A stretch of DNA of 32,882 nt from Tubiluchus corallicola (lineage: Eukaryota; Animalia; Priapulida): the NCBI GenBank assembly GCA_030141605.1, contig JAQGDQ010001602.1:1-32882 (forward strand), written 5' to 3'. The translations under genes and the position numbers were made by a program. Position 1 is the first letter of the stretch; every line of letters starts with the position of its first letter. The notes beneath the pieces are model-generated. The model was not told the origin of the DNA, searched no databases, and was given only the letters and a program-made list of their open reading frames with translations. Of the stretch, positions 1-13,910 are shown in pieces.

Positions 1-2
1 AT

Positions 3-487
3 CAGGGGTGTGCAAATTATCTGACTAGCCGGGCCACATTAAACATTCCCACAATTCCTGCGGGCCACAGGCAGTTTGATCAAGGAGCCAAGTACAGAAA
101 GGCCTAATAACGATTTTTTGCGTCCGACCTGCGTACATCATTACTACTACACTCAAGAAACTGTATTAGAAGTTACTAAAATTTATATTACAAACCATAT
201 ATTTCTACTTTCAGGACAGATAGTGGTCATTACAATGCATATTAGTAATGTGTATCACACAGTCTGTGTAGTACAGTGATATTAAGCTACAACCGTCTTG
301 TAAGGGTTAATGGCATCCGATCTAGTAGAAAAAACTACCTGCACTATCTTTGGGATCGTGGCACGGACTTCAGCTGGATACACTCAATTAAACGCCCGGG
401 CCGCACTTTCATTACGTTGACAAATCTCTTCGCGGGCCGCACAAATTCTCTCGGCGTGGCCCGCGGGCCGCAATTTGCACACCCCTG
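3..487 (+). mobile_element. hAT-type MITE family A, copy 1
   Basis: TIR CAGGGGTGTGCAAATT...AATTTGCACACCCCTG. Right flank is tactagat; only the final at of the left flank is visible and it agrees. Confidence 0.9.
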
Positions 488-1180
488 TACTAGATCCACA
501 GTGTCTTGTGCAGGGTCTGCTTTACGACCTGTAAGGGTTCGCTTTAGTTTTGCAAAAATTGACACAAGCAGTCTTCATAATTTTCACACTGGTCGGTTGT
601 GTCGGAGCAAATAGGCTTGCTAGAACAAGAGGGAAATTATGGTCTGTTGTAAGAGGTGCAAAGAAATTTGTCAGAAAAGATGTATACTGAACGTAAATGT
701 AAAGGATCTCCAGTTAGTTTTTGAGATGAATATCGTTGCATGGGAGCCTTTAAACGAAGATGAAATATAGGCTACAAAATAAAATTTGTTAATTTTTTGA
801 AGCTTCACGATCATTTGTATCCTAGATAGTTGGGTATTTTAAATTATGCATGAAATAAGGTAATTGATATTTTAAGTTCACTTAGAGGCGCTCCATGGTC
901 ACAAAATTGTTCAGAGTTTTTGTTGCAATTTGTTATTCTCATCCCTGGTCAGAAGCATTGTTTGAATGGCACAATGCAACATGACAGTGAGACATTTGAA
1001 AAGTAGAAATGATCAGAAAGCTAACCCACGCTGCGATAATAAACCAGAGCAGCGGGAGATACCAGTGACATGTCGTTACTGATGCTGTACGTCGTTACTG
1101 ATGTTTTTTATCTGTCACATACAGCGCATTGAATCAGGCGTGGACAGAATTATGAGTTGGACGTAACGCTAAAAATATTG

Positions 1181-1823
<643 letters not shown>

Positions 1824-1943
1824 ATGGTGTTACGTAAAAATTGTGTCAGTATAATGGTGTCACGACTAGTTTCAACTTGCTTTTCAATTTGCTTACAGGT
1901 TTTTGTACGGTAGAACATTTATTTTTTGTCGACACGTGTTTGA

Positions 1944-2219
<276 letters not shown>

Positions 2220-2410
2220 TAACCAAAGTGATTACGTAAATTGTAATTATTAAAAAAATTCCGGAATAAAGAAATAAAATGATAACATGCTTCTTTCACA
2301 TCTTGACGTCCTTTGTGGTTTTTTTTTTTTACCAGTTCTTAGTGTTGAAAATTAATTTGCAATTTATTGTGTTAAACCGTAAACAGTTTGAAACGAAACT
2401 GATGCAAAAT

Positions 2411-2758
2411 TGGTTCAAGCGCTGGGTGGGTACAAGTGCCGGGTGGGTACGAGTGCCGGGTGGGTTCGAGTGCCGGGTGGGTTCGAGTGCCGGGTGGGTA
2501 CGAGTGCCGGGTGGGTACGAGTGCCGGGTGGGTTCGAGTGCCGGGTTGGTACGAGTGCCGGGTGGGTTCGAGTGCCGGGTTGGTACGAGTGCCGGGTGGG
2601 TTCGAGTGCCGGGTGGGTACAAGTGCCGGGTGGGTTCAAGTGCTGGGTGGGTTCAAGTGCTGGGTGGGTTCAAGTGTTGGGTGGATTCAAGTGCTGGGTG
2701 GGTACAAGTGCTGGGTGGGTACAAGTGCTGGGTGGATTCAAGTGCTGGGTGGGTACAA
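2411..2758 (+). repeat. 17-bp G-rich minisatellite, ~20 copies
   Basis: Unit GGGTGGGT(A/T)C(G/A)AGTGC(C/T). Confidence 0.95.
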
Positions 2759-2834
2759 ATTTTATTCTTTTTCATACCAGTTCTAAGAATATTCAGTTTG
2801 TTGATATTAGATTGCTTCAGAACTTACTTTATTT

Positions 2835-3106
2835 GGACCAGACGGTTTAGTCTAGTGGTAATGCGTCTGCTTTCCGTCTGGGAAGTCATGAGTTCAAATC
2901 AGCGGCCGGGTCATACCAAAGACTTTAAAAATGGTACCTGCTGTTGCCCTGCCTGGCATGTGGTATTTAGGGTAAAAGTGGGGTAGTAATAGTCTCTGTT
3001 ATGTAGTTGTAGGTTGTTATTTGCAGTCGGCGATAATAGCTGTTTGAGCTAATGTTAATTGTTGACCCAAAAGCCAACTTTAAATAAAGATTATTATCAT
3101 TATTAT
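2835..3106 (+). mobile_element. tRNA-derived SINE with a Meta/MESC-like central core
   Basis: A-box-like TAGTCTAGTGG, B-box GAGTTCAAATC, core GGGTCATACCAAAGACTTTAAAAATGGTACCTGCTG (core family assigned from memory), (ATT)n tail. Confidence 0.8.
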
Positions 3107-3138
3107 GGACAATTATAACTTGAAATTTTTGCTTTTAG

Positions 3139-3327
<189 letters not shown>

Positions 3328-3395
3328 TAAACAGCATTTGACTTTAAACACCTTGGAAACGTTCAAGGTGCTCGTGACAAGCTCAGAATAAGTGA

Positions 3396-3536
<141 letters not shown>

Positions 3537-4460
3537 TAGTTACGTTGTCGTATTTGCTTAGTCATTGGTTGTGTGTATTATCTATGAAATACATCTCTGG
3601 AATAGCAGTCCTTTATTATTTTCCTGTAGTAACCGTTCCTTCAGTTTGTCTTACTGTGTGACTGATGTTTGGCTAGGATTTGTGTGCAGGTAACAGGTAC
3701 AGGACCGGTCATGGCGAAACCTGTCTAGGTGTTCCTTTTCAGGTGTTTCTCTTTCAGTTAGGTGAAGAAGTGGAACGATGCGAACATTTTTTTGTCGTCG
3801 TCATTTTAGGTCGCTTCCTTCCCCTGTTCTTTTTTCAGCATTTTAGGGTTTGGTTTGTGCGACGGCTCGGGAGTTTCCCCGCTCGTTGTTTTCAGGGTTT
3901 TTTCCAGCGCTTTAGGTTTCCCTAGGAGCCTAGGACGATTTGTGGCATTTTGCGTTGCAGGTTTTCAGCTTTTTCAGGTTTTAATTTCATCATTTCATCT
4001 AATAGAGATAATTTTAGATAAGTAATTGGTCAACTATCTTGATTGTCCATTTTTTTGTTGTATTTTTAACATTGGTTAAGATAATTTGCACTAAATTTAT
4101 TGGTAAATTAGTAAGATTATGTTTTTGTTACAATGTATCGTTGTTTGGAATGTTTATTTTACAAAATCATACTCATGCTATCTCTATTTTCCTTCCCTTT
4201 TTGACCCATAGCAAGGGGTTCGGTGTTGTTAAAAGTGCCACAAATCAGCTCCTTGATTGCTTCAAAAGGCAAGTGCTGTTTGGTTGTTATCTAACTAGTA
4301 AAACTGTCAGCCAGCGCTCAAACTGTAAGTTTGCTGCTTTGCACAGGTTTGTACAGTTTCTAAGATAATACCCCAGAGCGTTCACGACTGCTAATCGTTA
4401 TTGCAATATTATTGGTGTAGAGAGAGAGAATTAAAAATTGAAAATTGTTGACATGTAGCT

Positions 4461-4893
4461 CAGGGGTGTGCAAGCTGCGGCCCGCTGGCCACTTGCGGCC
4501 CGCCGAGAGATCTTGTGCGGCCCGCGAAGAGGTTTGTCAACGTAATGAAAGTGCGGCCCACACGATCCAGCTGAAGTCTTCGCCAATATCGCAAAGATAG
4601 TGCAGGTAGTTTTTTCCTCTAGGTAGGATGGCATTAACCCTTACAAGACCGTTATCACTTAATGTCACTGTCGGACATGACCTAATATTTGGTTTTTAAT
4701 ATAAATTTTAATAACTTCTAAAATAGTTTCTTGAGTGTAGTAGTGCAGTAGTAATGATGTACGCAAATCGGTTGCAAAAAAATCGTTATTGGGTCCTACT
4801 GTACTTGGCTCCTTGACCAAACTGCATGTGGCCCACAGGAATTGCGGGAATGTTTAATGTGGCCCGGCTAGTCAGATAGTTTGCACACCCCTG
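4461..4893 (-). mobile_element. hAT-type MITE family A, copy 2 (more diverged)
   Basis: Same TIRs; perfect 8-bp TSD ATGTAGCT (4453-4460, 4894-4901). Confidence 0.92.
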
Positions 4894-4982
4894 ATGTAGC
4901 TTGTAGAACTCTTGTTTGCCTGAGCATGGGGTGTCTTGTGTAAATGTCCCTGGAATCCAGATAAGTACTAATGCATTTTTCA

Positions 4983-5102
4983 AACTACGGCCATATCACG
5001 TTGAAAACACCGGTTCTCGTCTGATCACCGAAGTTAAGCAACGTAGAGCCTGGTTAGTACTTGGATGGATGACCGCCTAGGAATACCAGGCGCTGTAGGC
5101 TT
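4983..5102 (+). pseudogene. 5S rRNA sequence (head of the retroposed element, not a functional 5S gene)
   Basis: CTACGGCCATATCACGTTGAAAACACCGGTTCTCGTCTGATCACCGAAGTTAAGCAACG...GCTGTAGGCTT. First two bases altered, box C variant GGATGGATGACC, no T-run. Confidence 0.85.
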
Positions 5103-5404
5103 GCGGGATGCCCACACTGTATCTCGACACTAGGGAGCACAAGCGACACCTCCATCAATGTGATCAATAACTGACTCTCTTGGCGCATACTCCATTGTCT
5201 TCCGAGACAGAAGGAAGAGAGGGGGTTCCTGTTGTCTGGGCAACTCAGGATCTTCATACACCTTGCCCAAGCGTGCGCCCTGGAGACGTTCAAGGATCGC
5301 ACTGCTCAGCCACAGTCGACGCTGCAGCTCCATCAATGTGATCAATAACTGACTCTCTTGGCGCACATTCCATTGTCTTCCGAGACAGAAGGATGCCAAC
5401 AACA
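4985..5404 (+). mobile_element. 5S rRNA-derived SINE (SINE3-like)
   Basis: Nearly full 5S head at 4985-5102 with no oligo-T terminator. About 300-nt body, (CAA)n tail, imperfect TSD ACTAATGCATT(t/g)TT at 4967 and 5405. Confidence 0.8.
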
Positions 5405-5437
5405 ACTAATGCATTGTTAATACAAGATCCACGAATA

Positions 5438-5721
5438 AGAGGAAACTTTGGCACGGACACTCGTGCATTTCTATAGAAAACCTGGCTTCGTCTAACAACT
5501 TTCCTTTAACACTTCAACCCGGTGCAAACTGTTTTTTACTTCCATTCTTCTGCACGGTTTCTTTATTAATGAGAAAATTACAGCAACTACTGAAAAAAGC
5601 CTTAGTAAAGTTCAGGACCTATGTTGACAGTTTTATGAAGCAGGGCCACAGTAAGGGGTGAGCCTAAAATAAACGTATAAAAATTTTAGTCAGTTGAAGG
5701 ACGTTGTCGCTGGACACCCTG
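5438..5721. mobile_element. Remnant right end of a mariner-like MITE
   Basis: Ends ...GGACACCCTG|TA (reverse complement TA|CAGGGTGTCC, a mariner-type terminus). The left end was not found, so the start is approximate. Confidence 0.4.
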
Positions 5722-6284
5722 TATTTTTTAATCAGGCTAACAAGGACATTGTCACTGGTCACCCTGTATTTCTTAATCAGGCTAACAAGGACGTTGTCAC
5801 TGGTCACCCTGTATTTCTTAATCAGGCTAACAAGGACATTGTCACTGGTCACCCTGTATTTCTTAATCAGGCTAACAAGGACGTTGTCGCTGGACACCCT
5901 GTATTTCTTAATCAGGCTGACAAGGACGTTGTCGCTGGACACCCTGTATTTCTTAATCATGCTAACAAGGACGTTGTCGCTGGACACCCTGTATTTCTTA
6001 ATCAGGCTAATAAGGACGTTGTCGCTGGTCACCCTGTATTTCTTAATCAGGCTAACAAGGACGTTGTCACTGGTCACCCTGTATTTCTTAATCAGGCTGA
6101 CAAGGACGTTGTCGCTGGACACCCTGTATTTCTTAATCATGCTAACAAGGACGTTGTCGCTGGACACCCTGTATTTCTTAATCAGGCTAATAAGGACGTT
6201 GTCGCTGGTCACCCTGTATTTCTTAATCAGGCTAACAAGGACATTGTCACTGGTCACCCTGTATTTCTTAATCAGGCTAACAAG
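5697..6284 (+). repeat. 45-bp minisatellite, 13 copies
   Basis: Unit AAGGACGTTGTCGCTGGACACCCTGTATTTCTTAATCAGGCTAAC. Confidence 0.95.
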
Positions 6285-6445
6285 AGTTTTACTTTTTAAT
6301 GTGTAGTTAGCTGTGGCTTTTGAAACATTTAATAATCTAAATACGTCATCAAAAAGATCAAGCGCATCAAAACATTTTAACTAATGTTTGGTATAAATAA
6401 TGTTTACTTGCTAATTTTGTTGTACATTCACACAAACTGTTTATA

Positions 6446-6959
6446 CAGTCTAGCCTCGTTATCTCGCCACTGTCCGTCTAGGGCAAATTTTTGGAGAGAG
6501 GCGAGTATGGCGAGATAATGGGAATATAACGAAGTTAATCTATATGTATATACATAATAGTTGATTAACATAGTGTTCCTCTATGTACATATAAAATATA
6601 TTTCGCATTATGATACCAATCAACATTAAACCACAGCACTCCTAATCTAATCCTGGTGAGACACACACTAGATTAATTATGTCTGTCTATCGAGTACAGC
6701 AGCATTGTCTACATACTACGGTTATATTGATCGACACGCGGTATATGTATTGATCGATTCACCTCTGAGTTTGTCTGTTTGGCAACATAACGAATATAGT
6801 TTACATAAGCACTCATCCTAGAATGACGTGGCGAGGGCGAGAAGCGAGGGTGGCGACTTAACGAGGTAAATATCAAAGCAGGAAATCCGTCCTGGTACTT
6901 TCTATGGTGAGAGCAGGGTTTGGCGGCATAACGAGGGGCGAGATAACGAGGCTAGACTG
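6446..6959. mobile_element. Tc1/mariner (pogo/Tigger-like) MITE
   Basis: TIR CAGTCTAGCCTCGTTATCTCGCC at both ends; TA TSD. Confidence 0.9.
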
Positions 6960-7029
6960 TATTTTCAAGTCTGGATTGTTTATATGTAATTGGTATATCA
7001 ACTAATCTAGCTTACTAATTTACATCTAG

Positions 7030-7167
<138 letters not shown>

Positions 7168-7258
7168 TAATATTCATACATGTTCATGAACCTAGGGAGT
7201 TATGTTTAAACGCTCCACTTGCTATAATGTATATATCTGAGCTGTATCAATTAAAATA

Positions 7259-7583
7259 CAGTCGACCCTCGTTAAACTGGACCCCGTTAGCCCGGATATC
7301 GGATAAGACGGACGTCATCCGTGGTAAAGGAAACTGACCGATTTCCGTCCGAACCCGAGCGCTAAACACAACACGGCCTACCAACAGTACAATAATTTCC
7401 TTATCCTCACAGGTTAACTATTTTAAAGTAATATACAGTATAGTATATAGTGCAATGTATATAGGCCTTATTAAGGTGATTATTCCTGTATAATATAGAC
7501 CATATATAGGCATATCGGATAAATTGGACAATCGGCTAAACCGGACCCCCCCCCCATTAGTCCGGTTTAACGACTGTTGACTG
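7259..7583 (+). mobile_element. pogo/Tigger-like MITE family B, copy 1
   Basis: TA|CAGTCGACCCTCGTTAAAC...GTTTAACGACTGTTGACTG|TA; homologous to 13183-13526. Confidence 0.88.
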
Positions 7584-7685
7584 TACTTAGGTAACCGAAA
7601 TTTCGTTACGCATGAAACTTTGCCCTTATAATGCATCATTCAGTTACTTAGAAACGTGTTGCGAAACCAAATAGAGTGCTGCTAT

Positions 7686-8933
7686 CAGAGAATGAAGTAC
7701 TGCGCTCAAAATTAGGAGAAATCGATGTAATAGTGAAAGCTGAAAGTCATAGAACGTAACTAAATGATGATGTTCAGAGAATGAAGTACTGCACTCAAAA
7801 TTAGGAGAAATCGATGTAATAGTGAAAGCTGAAAGTCATGGAACGTAACTGAGTGATGATGTTCAGAGAATGAAGTACTGCACTCAAAATTAGGAGAAAT
7901 CAATGTAATAGTGAAAGCTGAAAGTCATGGAACGTAACTAAGTGATGATGTTCAGAGAATGAAGTACTGCACTCAAAATTAGGAGAAATCGATGTAATAG
8001 TGAAAGCTGAAAGTCATAGAACGTAACTGAGTGATGATTTTCAGAGAATGAAGTACTGCATTCAAAATTAGGAGAAATCGATGTAATAGTGAAAGCTGAA
8101 AGTCATAGAACGTAACTGAGTGATGATGTTCAGAGAATGAAGTACTGCACTCAGAATTAGGAGAAATCAATGTAATAGTGAAAGCTGAAAGTCATGGAAC
8201 GTAACTGAGTGATGATGTTCAGAGAATGAAGTACTGCACTCAGAATTAGGAGAAATCAATGTAATAGTGAAAGCTGAAAGTCATGGAACGTAACTAAGTG
8301 ATGATGTTCAGAGAATGAAGTACTGCACTCAAAATTAGGAGAAATCGATGTAATAGTGAAAGCTGAAAGTCATGGAACGTAACTGAGTGATGATGTTCAG
8401 AGAATGAAGTACTGCACTCGAAATTAGGAGAAATCAATGTAATAGTGAAAGCTGAAAGTCATGGAACGTAACTAAGTGATGATGTTCAGAGAATGAAGTA
8501 CTGCACTCGAAATTAGGAGAAATCGATGTAATAGTGAAAGCTGAAAGTCATGGAACGTAACTGAGTGATGATGTTCAGAGAATGAAGTACTGCACTCAGA
8601 ATTAGGAGAAATCGATGTAATAGTGAAAGCTGAAAGTCATGGAACGTAACTAAGTGATGATGTTCAGAGAATGAAGTACTGCACTCAGAATTAGGAGAAA
8701 TCGATGTAATAGTGAAAGCTGAAAGTCATGGAACGTAACTGAGTGATGATGTTCAGAGAATGAAGTACTGCACTCAAAATTAGGAGAAATCGATGTAATA
8801 GTGAAAGCTGAAAGTCATAGAACGTAACTGAGTGATGATGTTCAGAGAATGAAGTACTGCACTCAAAATTAGGAGAAATCGATGTAATAGTGAAAGCTGA
8901 AAGTCATGGAACGTAACTAAGTGATGATGTTCA
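7686..8933 (+). repeat. 89-bp minisatellite, 14 copies
   Basis: Unit CAGAGAATGAAGTACTGCACTCAAAATTAGG...GAACGTAACTGAGTGATGATGTT. Confidence 0.95.
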
Positions 8934-9019
8934 TTTTTCGCATATAAAAGTTTTGACTTAGATACAAGATTTTGAATTGTATTAGGTGATAGACACAGTC
9001 TTTGATAAATTTGGTTATA

Positions 9020-9490
9020 CAGTCATCATACCTCTGTTTTCGACCATAATTCGTTCCTAAAAGTATTTGAAAACCGATTTGGTTGAGTACCGAATCATTT
9101 ATTCCCATAAGAAATAATGTAAAACCAAATAATCCATTCTCAAGTGAACTGTAAAGTATTACTAAAATGAAATATAATAATGTAAAAATGTTTATCTAAA
9201 CAGTAGATACGATATAATTGATAAGAAAAACATAATAGAATTACTTAGAAAGAAAAACCTAATTATTCCTGCATGAAAAAACCTTACATGTTGGTAGCAG
9301 TGGTATACGTAAGCAAGAGCAGAAACACGTGTGTGACTACTCTCAGGCGCGGTCGGTTACGCTCGGCTCGCCATGCATGCGTTCATCACGTTGGCGGTTG
9401 GTCGAGAGCGGAGACAATTTCAACTCGAATTTTCTGGTCGAAAACCGATTTGTACGAATACGGAGACGTTCGAAAACGAAGGTACGACTG
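9020..9490. mobile_element. pogo/Tigger-like MITE
   Basis: TA|CAGTCATCATACCTCTGTTTTCGA...CGAAAACGAAGGTACGACTG|TA imperfect TIR. Confidence 0.8.
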
Positions 9491-9547
9491 TATTATTGAA
9501 ATCAGACATCTATTATATAAATGTGTTCTTTTTTCTTTTTTAATTAG

Positions 9548-9685
<138 letters not shown>

Positions 9686-9960
9686 TGATTGAATTTGTAT
9701 GTGAAAGTCTTGCTTGTTACCTACAATTCGTTGTAGTTGTCCCAACTCGTGGGCAGCTCTCGAATTATCATTCTTGCCTGTCCGGAATCCCATTTTTATC
9801 TAGTAAATTGATTTCTTGCGCAGAGGTAGAGCTTCAAGTTTGGAGCTTATGAATTTTGGGGTCGTTTGGCACAGATTCGAATTTTTTACAATCTTTCGAA
9901 CATTCGTGTACAACAAAGTTCTGTAAACGTACCCACTACTCAAATGTACTCAGTTGATAA

Positions 9961-10721
9961 GTGCCAGTGATGGTTAAGTAATCTATGATTCATTGGCAGG
10001 GTGCCAGTAATGGTTAAGTAATTTATGATTCATTGGCGGGGTGCCAGTGATGGTTAAGTAATTCTTGATTCATTGGCAGGGTGCCAGTGATGGTTAAATA
10101 ATCTATGATTCATTGGCAGGGTGCCAGTGATGGTTAAGTAATCTATGATTCATTGGCAGGGTGCCAGTGATGGTTAAGTGATTTTTGATTCATTGGCGGG
10201 GTGCCAGTGATGGTTAAATAATCTATGATTCATTGGCAGGGTGCCAGTGATGGTTAAGTAATCTATGATTCATTGGCGGGGTGCCAGTGATGGTTAAGTA
10301 ATCTATGATTCATTGGCGGGGTGCCAGTGATGGTTAAGTAATGTATGATTCATTGGCAGGGTGCCAGTGATGGTTAAGTAATCTATGATTCATTGGCGGG
10401 GTGCCAGTGATGGTTAAGTAATCTATGATTCATTGGCGGGGTGCCATGATGGTTAAGTAATGTATGATTCATTGGCAGGGTGCCAGTGATGGTTAAGTAA
10501 TCTATGATTCATTGGCGGGGTGCCAGTGATGGTTAAGTAATCTATGATTCATTGGCGGGGTGCCAGTGATGGTTAAGTAATGTATGATTCATTGGCAGGG
10601 TGCCAGTGATGGTTAAGTAATCTATGATTCATTGGCGGGGTGCCAGTGATGGTTAAGTAATCTATGATTCATTGGCGGGGTGCCAGTGATGGTTAAGTAA
10701 TGTATGATTCATTGGCAGGGT
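9961..10721 (+). repeat. 40-bp minisatellite, 19 copies
   Basis: Unit GTGCCAGTGATGGTTAAGTAATCTATGATTCATTGGC(A/G)GG. Confidence 0.95.
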
Positions 10722-11152
10722 ATCGTATAACAACAATCACTCACATACGTTAAACCCACACGGTACAACAATGGCTCTGCTTTTTCATAGACATGTGGTA
10801 TGGTGTTCTTTCAGGGTAAAATTACAATCTGTTTCAATTCAGAAAATACATTTTTAATTAAAATAAGCTTCAAATGTGCCTGTATATATCTGGATCTATC
10901 AAATATATTACGATTGTGATGCCGTATTATGATGGTGACTGTACAGACATTTAGCATAATTATAAGTTAGAGCTACAATCCGTATCAATGCAGAAAATAC
11001 ATTTCTGCATTGATCTCCACGTATGTCGATCTCATCGTTTCAACTTTTGCCCTTCTACTAAGGTCTTCCAGTTTTTATTCATCTGTGTGATATGCCTAAA
11101 GCGATATTAACTGTCTTTCACGTGGCTACTGAGCATTATATTATTTTTAGTA

Positions 11153-11847
11153 CAGGGTTCGTCGCGAGCATTAAAAGAAAACCGGACGATTGTGTCAACA
11201 TGAGTTCAGAATAAAGAATGCTCTCAAATATTGAAAATTACAAAGCTTAAATTAAAGAATAATTACCTCGGATACTCAAATTTCGTTAAACTTTCAAAGC
11301 TACGAGCGGCTCAGTGAATCTACTAAGATTGGCAGCGGAGCCTTTTTTGTCACATTCGCGTGGCCGTCAAATAGAAGGTGGTACCGTGATAACCATGATC
11401 ATGAACTGCAGTGTTAGTTTCTGACATCTTATGATGTAGAGCCCATTTTTCGTGACATCATGCGTTTAAGCAGTAACACTTATGCAAATGTGCTTAATGC
11501 ACAAGGGAAGATGCCTGCCATTGCACAAACTGTGGCTAGTTTCTGACGTAAGAAATAGCTGTGTTCGGTTGGCGTTAATTAACTTTCTAAGCTAATTATT
11601 CAGATATAAAGAAATAATTGCTAACTTTTATAGGCAAGAAAATGTATATTTTGGACAGTAAATTAAAATGAGATTGAGTCTAAACAATCGTCCGGTCTTC
11701 TTTAATAAATTACATTTAAACCGATTAGACATAGCCACCGCCAGTCTTAGTAGATTCACTGTGCGGCGACTAGGTTTGAAAGTTTAACACAATTTGAATA
11801 TCTGTATGAGCATTTGTACTTAGCAAAAAGTACACAGTTTCATCCTG
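11153..11847. mobile_element. Degraded mariner-like element with internal inverted repeats
   Basis: TA|CAGGGT...ATCCTG|TA ends. Internal IR pairs 11171-11193/11682-11706 and 11271-11338/11735-11802. Confidence 0.5.
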
Positions 11848-11850
11848 TAA

Positions 11851-12054
<204 letters not shown>

Positions 12055-12112
12055 TAGCCAATGGTCAGTACAACCTAATGGTCATTTTTTTGAAGAATTT
12101 TCTTTTCAGTAT

Positions 12113-12484
12113 TGTTGTGTTTTGTTTCTCTCGGAAGGCTCGTAGAAAAAACCGGAAAACACTTCATCAAATTAATCTAGTTTATTAAGTGAGAATTCTA
12201 CAACATAAAAGTATGAAGGAACTTGAATTGATTATACTAAACGTGAAAATCTGGAAAACGTTTAAGTGTATCTGAGAATACAAGTATACAAGAGAATGTG
12301 TGAGTGGTGTCCGTGTGAAATCTGGGTGCGTCCGTCTCAGCGACCTGCTTTGTCTTATATAGGGTGCTAGGGAACATTCTAGATGTTTCCTTCTAGAACA
12401 TTCTACAAGGTAAGACGATTATTCTAATGGAACATTCTACAATGTTCTATTTAATTCTAATAGATGCCAGCAATCTCCACAAGA
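12113..12484 (-). mobile_element. Solo LTR, copy 1
   Basis: TGTTGTG...CCACAAgA termini, 5-bp TSD AGTAT; inverted homolog of 29488-29858. Confidence 0.85.
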
Positions 12485-12540
12485 AGTATAAAGAATTTGT
12501 TGCAGATCTTTACTTTTGAAGTAAACTGTTTTTGGAATAA

Positions 12541-13592
<1,052 letters not shown>

Positions 13593-13778
13593 TATTTGTC
13601 ACAAATGGGAAAGACAAATTTTTAAACTTCGGACATTAACGTATAACACGTGCTGTACTGGATAATGAAATTGCTTTGCCAGATTGCATGTTTATAATTC
13701 AAGGTTCTGACTCATGATTGATACTCACTTGATAATCAGCAATGTTAGTGCATAAAGACACAGTTTTTGTCTCTTTAG

Positions 13779-13910
<132 letters not shown>

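Noticed and set aside
76-614. Short ORFs repeated at 15198 and 19527
   Set aside because: They lie inside non-coding hAT MITE copies and show no transposase motifs.
2279-2986. Overlapping ORFs with GWVRVPGG repeats
   Set aside because: Stop-free 17-bp minisatellite read in several frames; intronic.
4983-5102. Functional 5S rRNA gene
   Set aside because: Altered 5' end, box C substitution, no oligo-T terminator, and it sits inside a TSD-flanked retroposon.
5664-6306. ~200-aa repetitive ORFs on both strands
   Set aside because: Artefact of a 45-bp tandem unit inside a U2AF2 intron.
7686-8933. Apparent tandem C/D-box snoRNA cluster (GTGATGA ... CTGA)
   Set aside because: The array ends show the ancestral monomer had the C-like motif at its end, after the CTGA. 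The C-to-D order exists only across unit junctions. No convincing terminal stem or rRNA guide was recognised.
9961-10721. CRISPR-like regular repeats (also considered for the other arrays)
   Set aside because: No unique spacers, no cas genes, and a eukaryotic intron context.
10984-11014. Perfect 13-bp hairpin ATCAATGCAGAAA/TTTCTGCATTGAT
   Set aside because: Isolated, too short for a pre-miRNA, and no supporting context.
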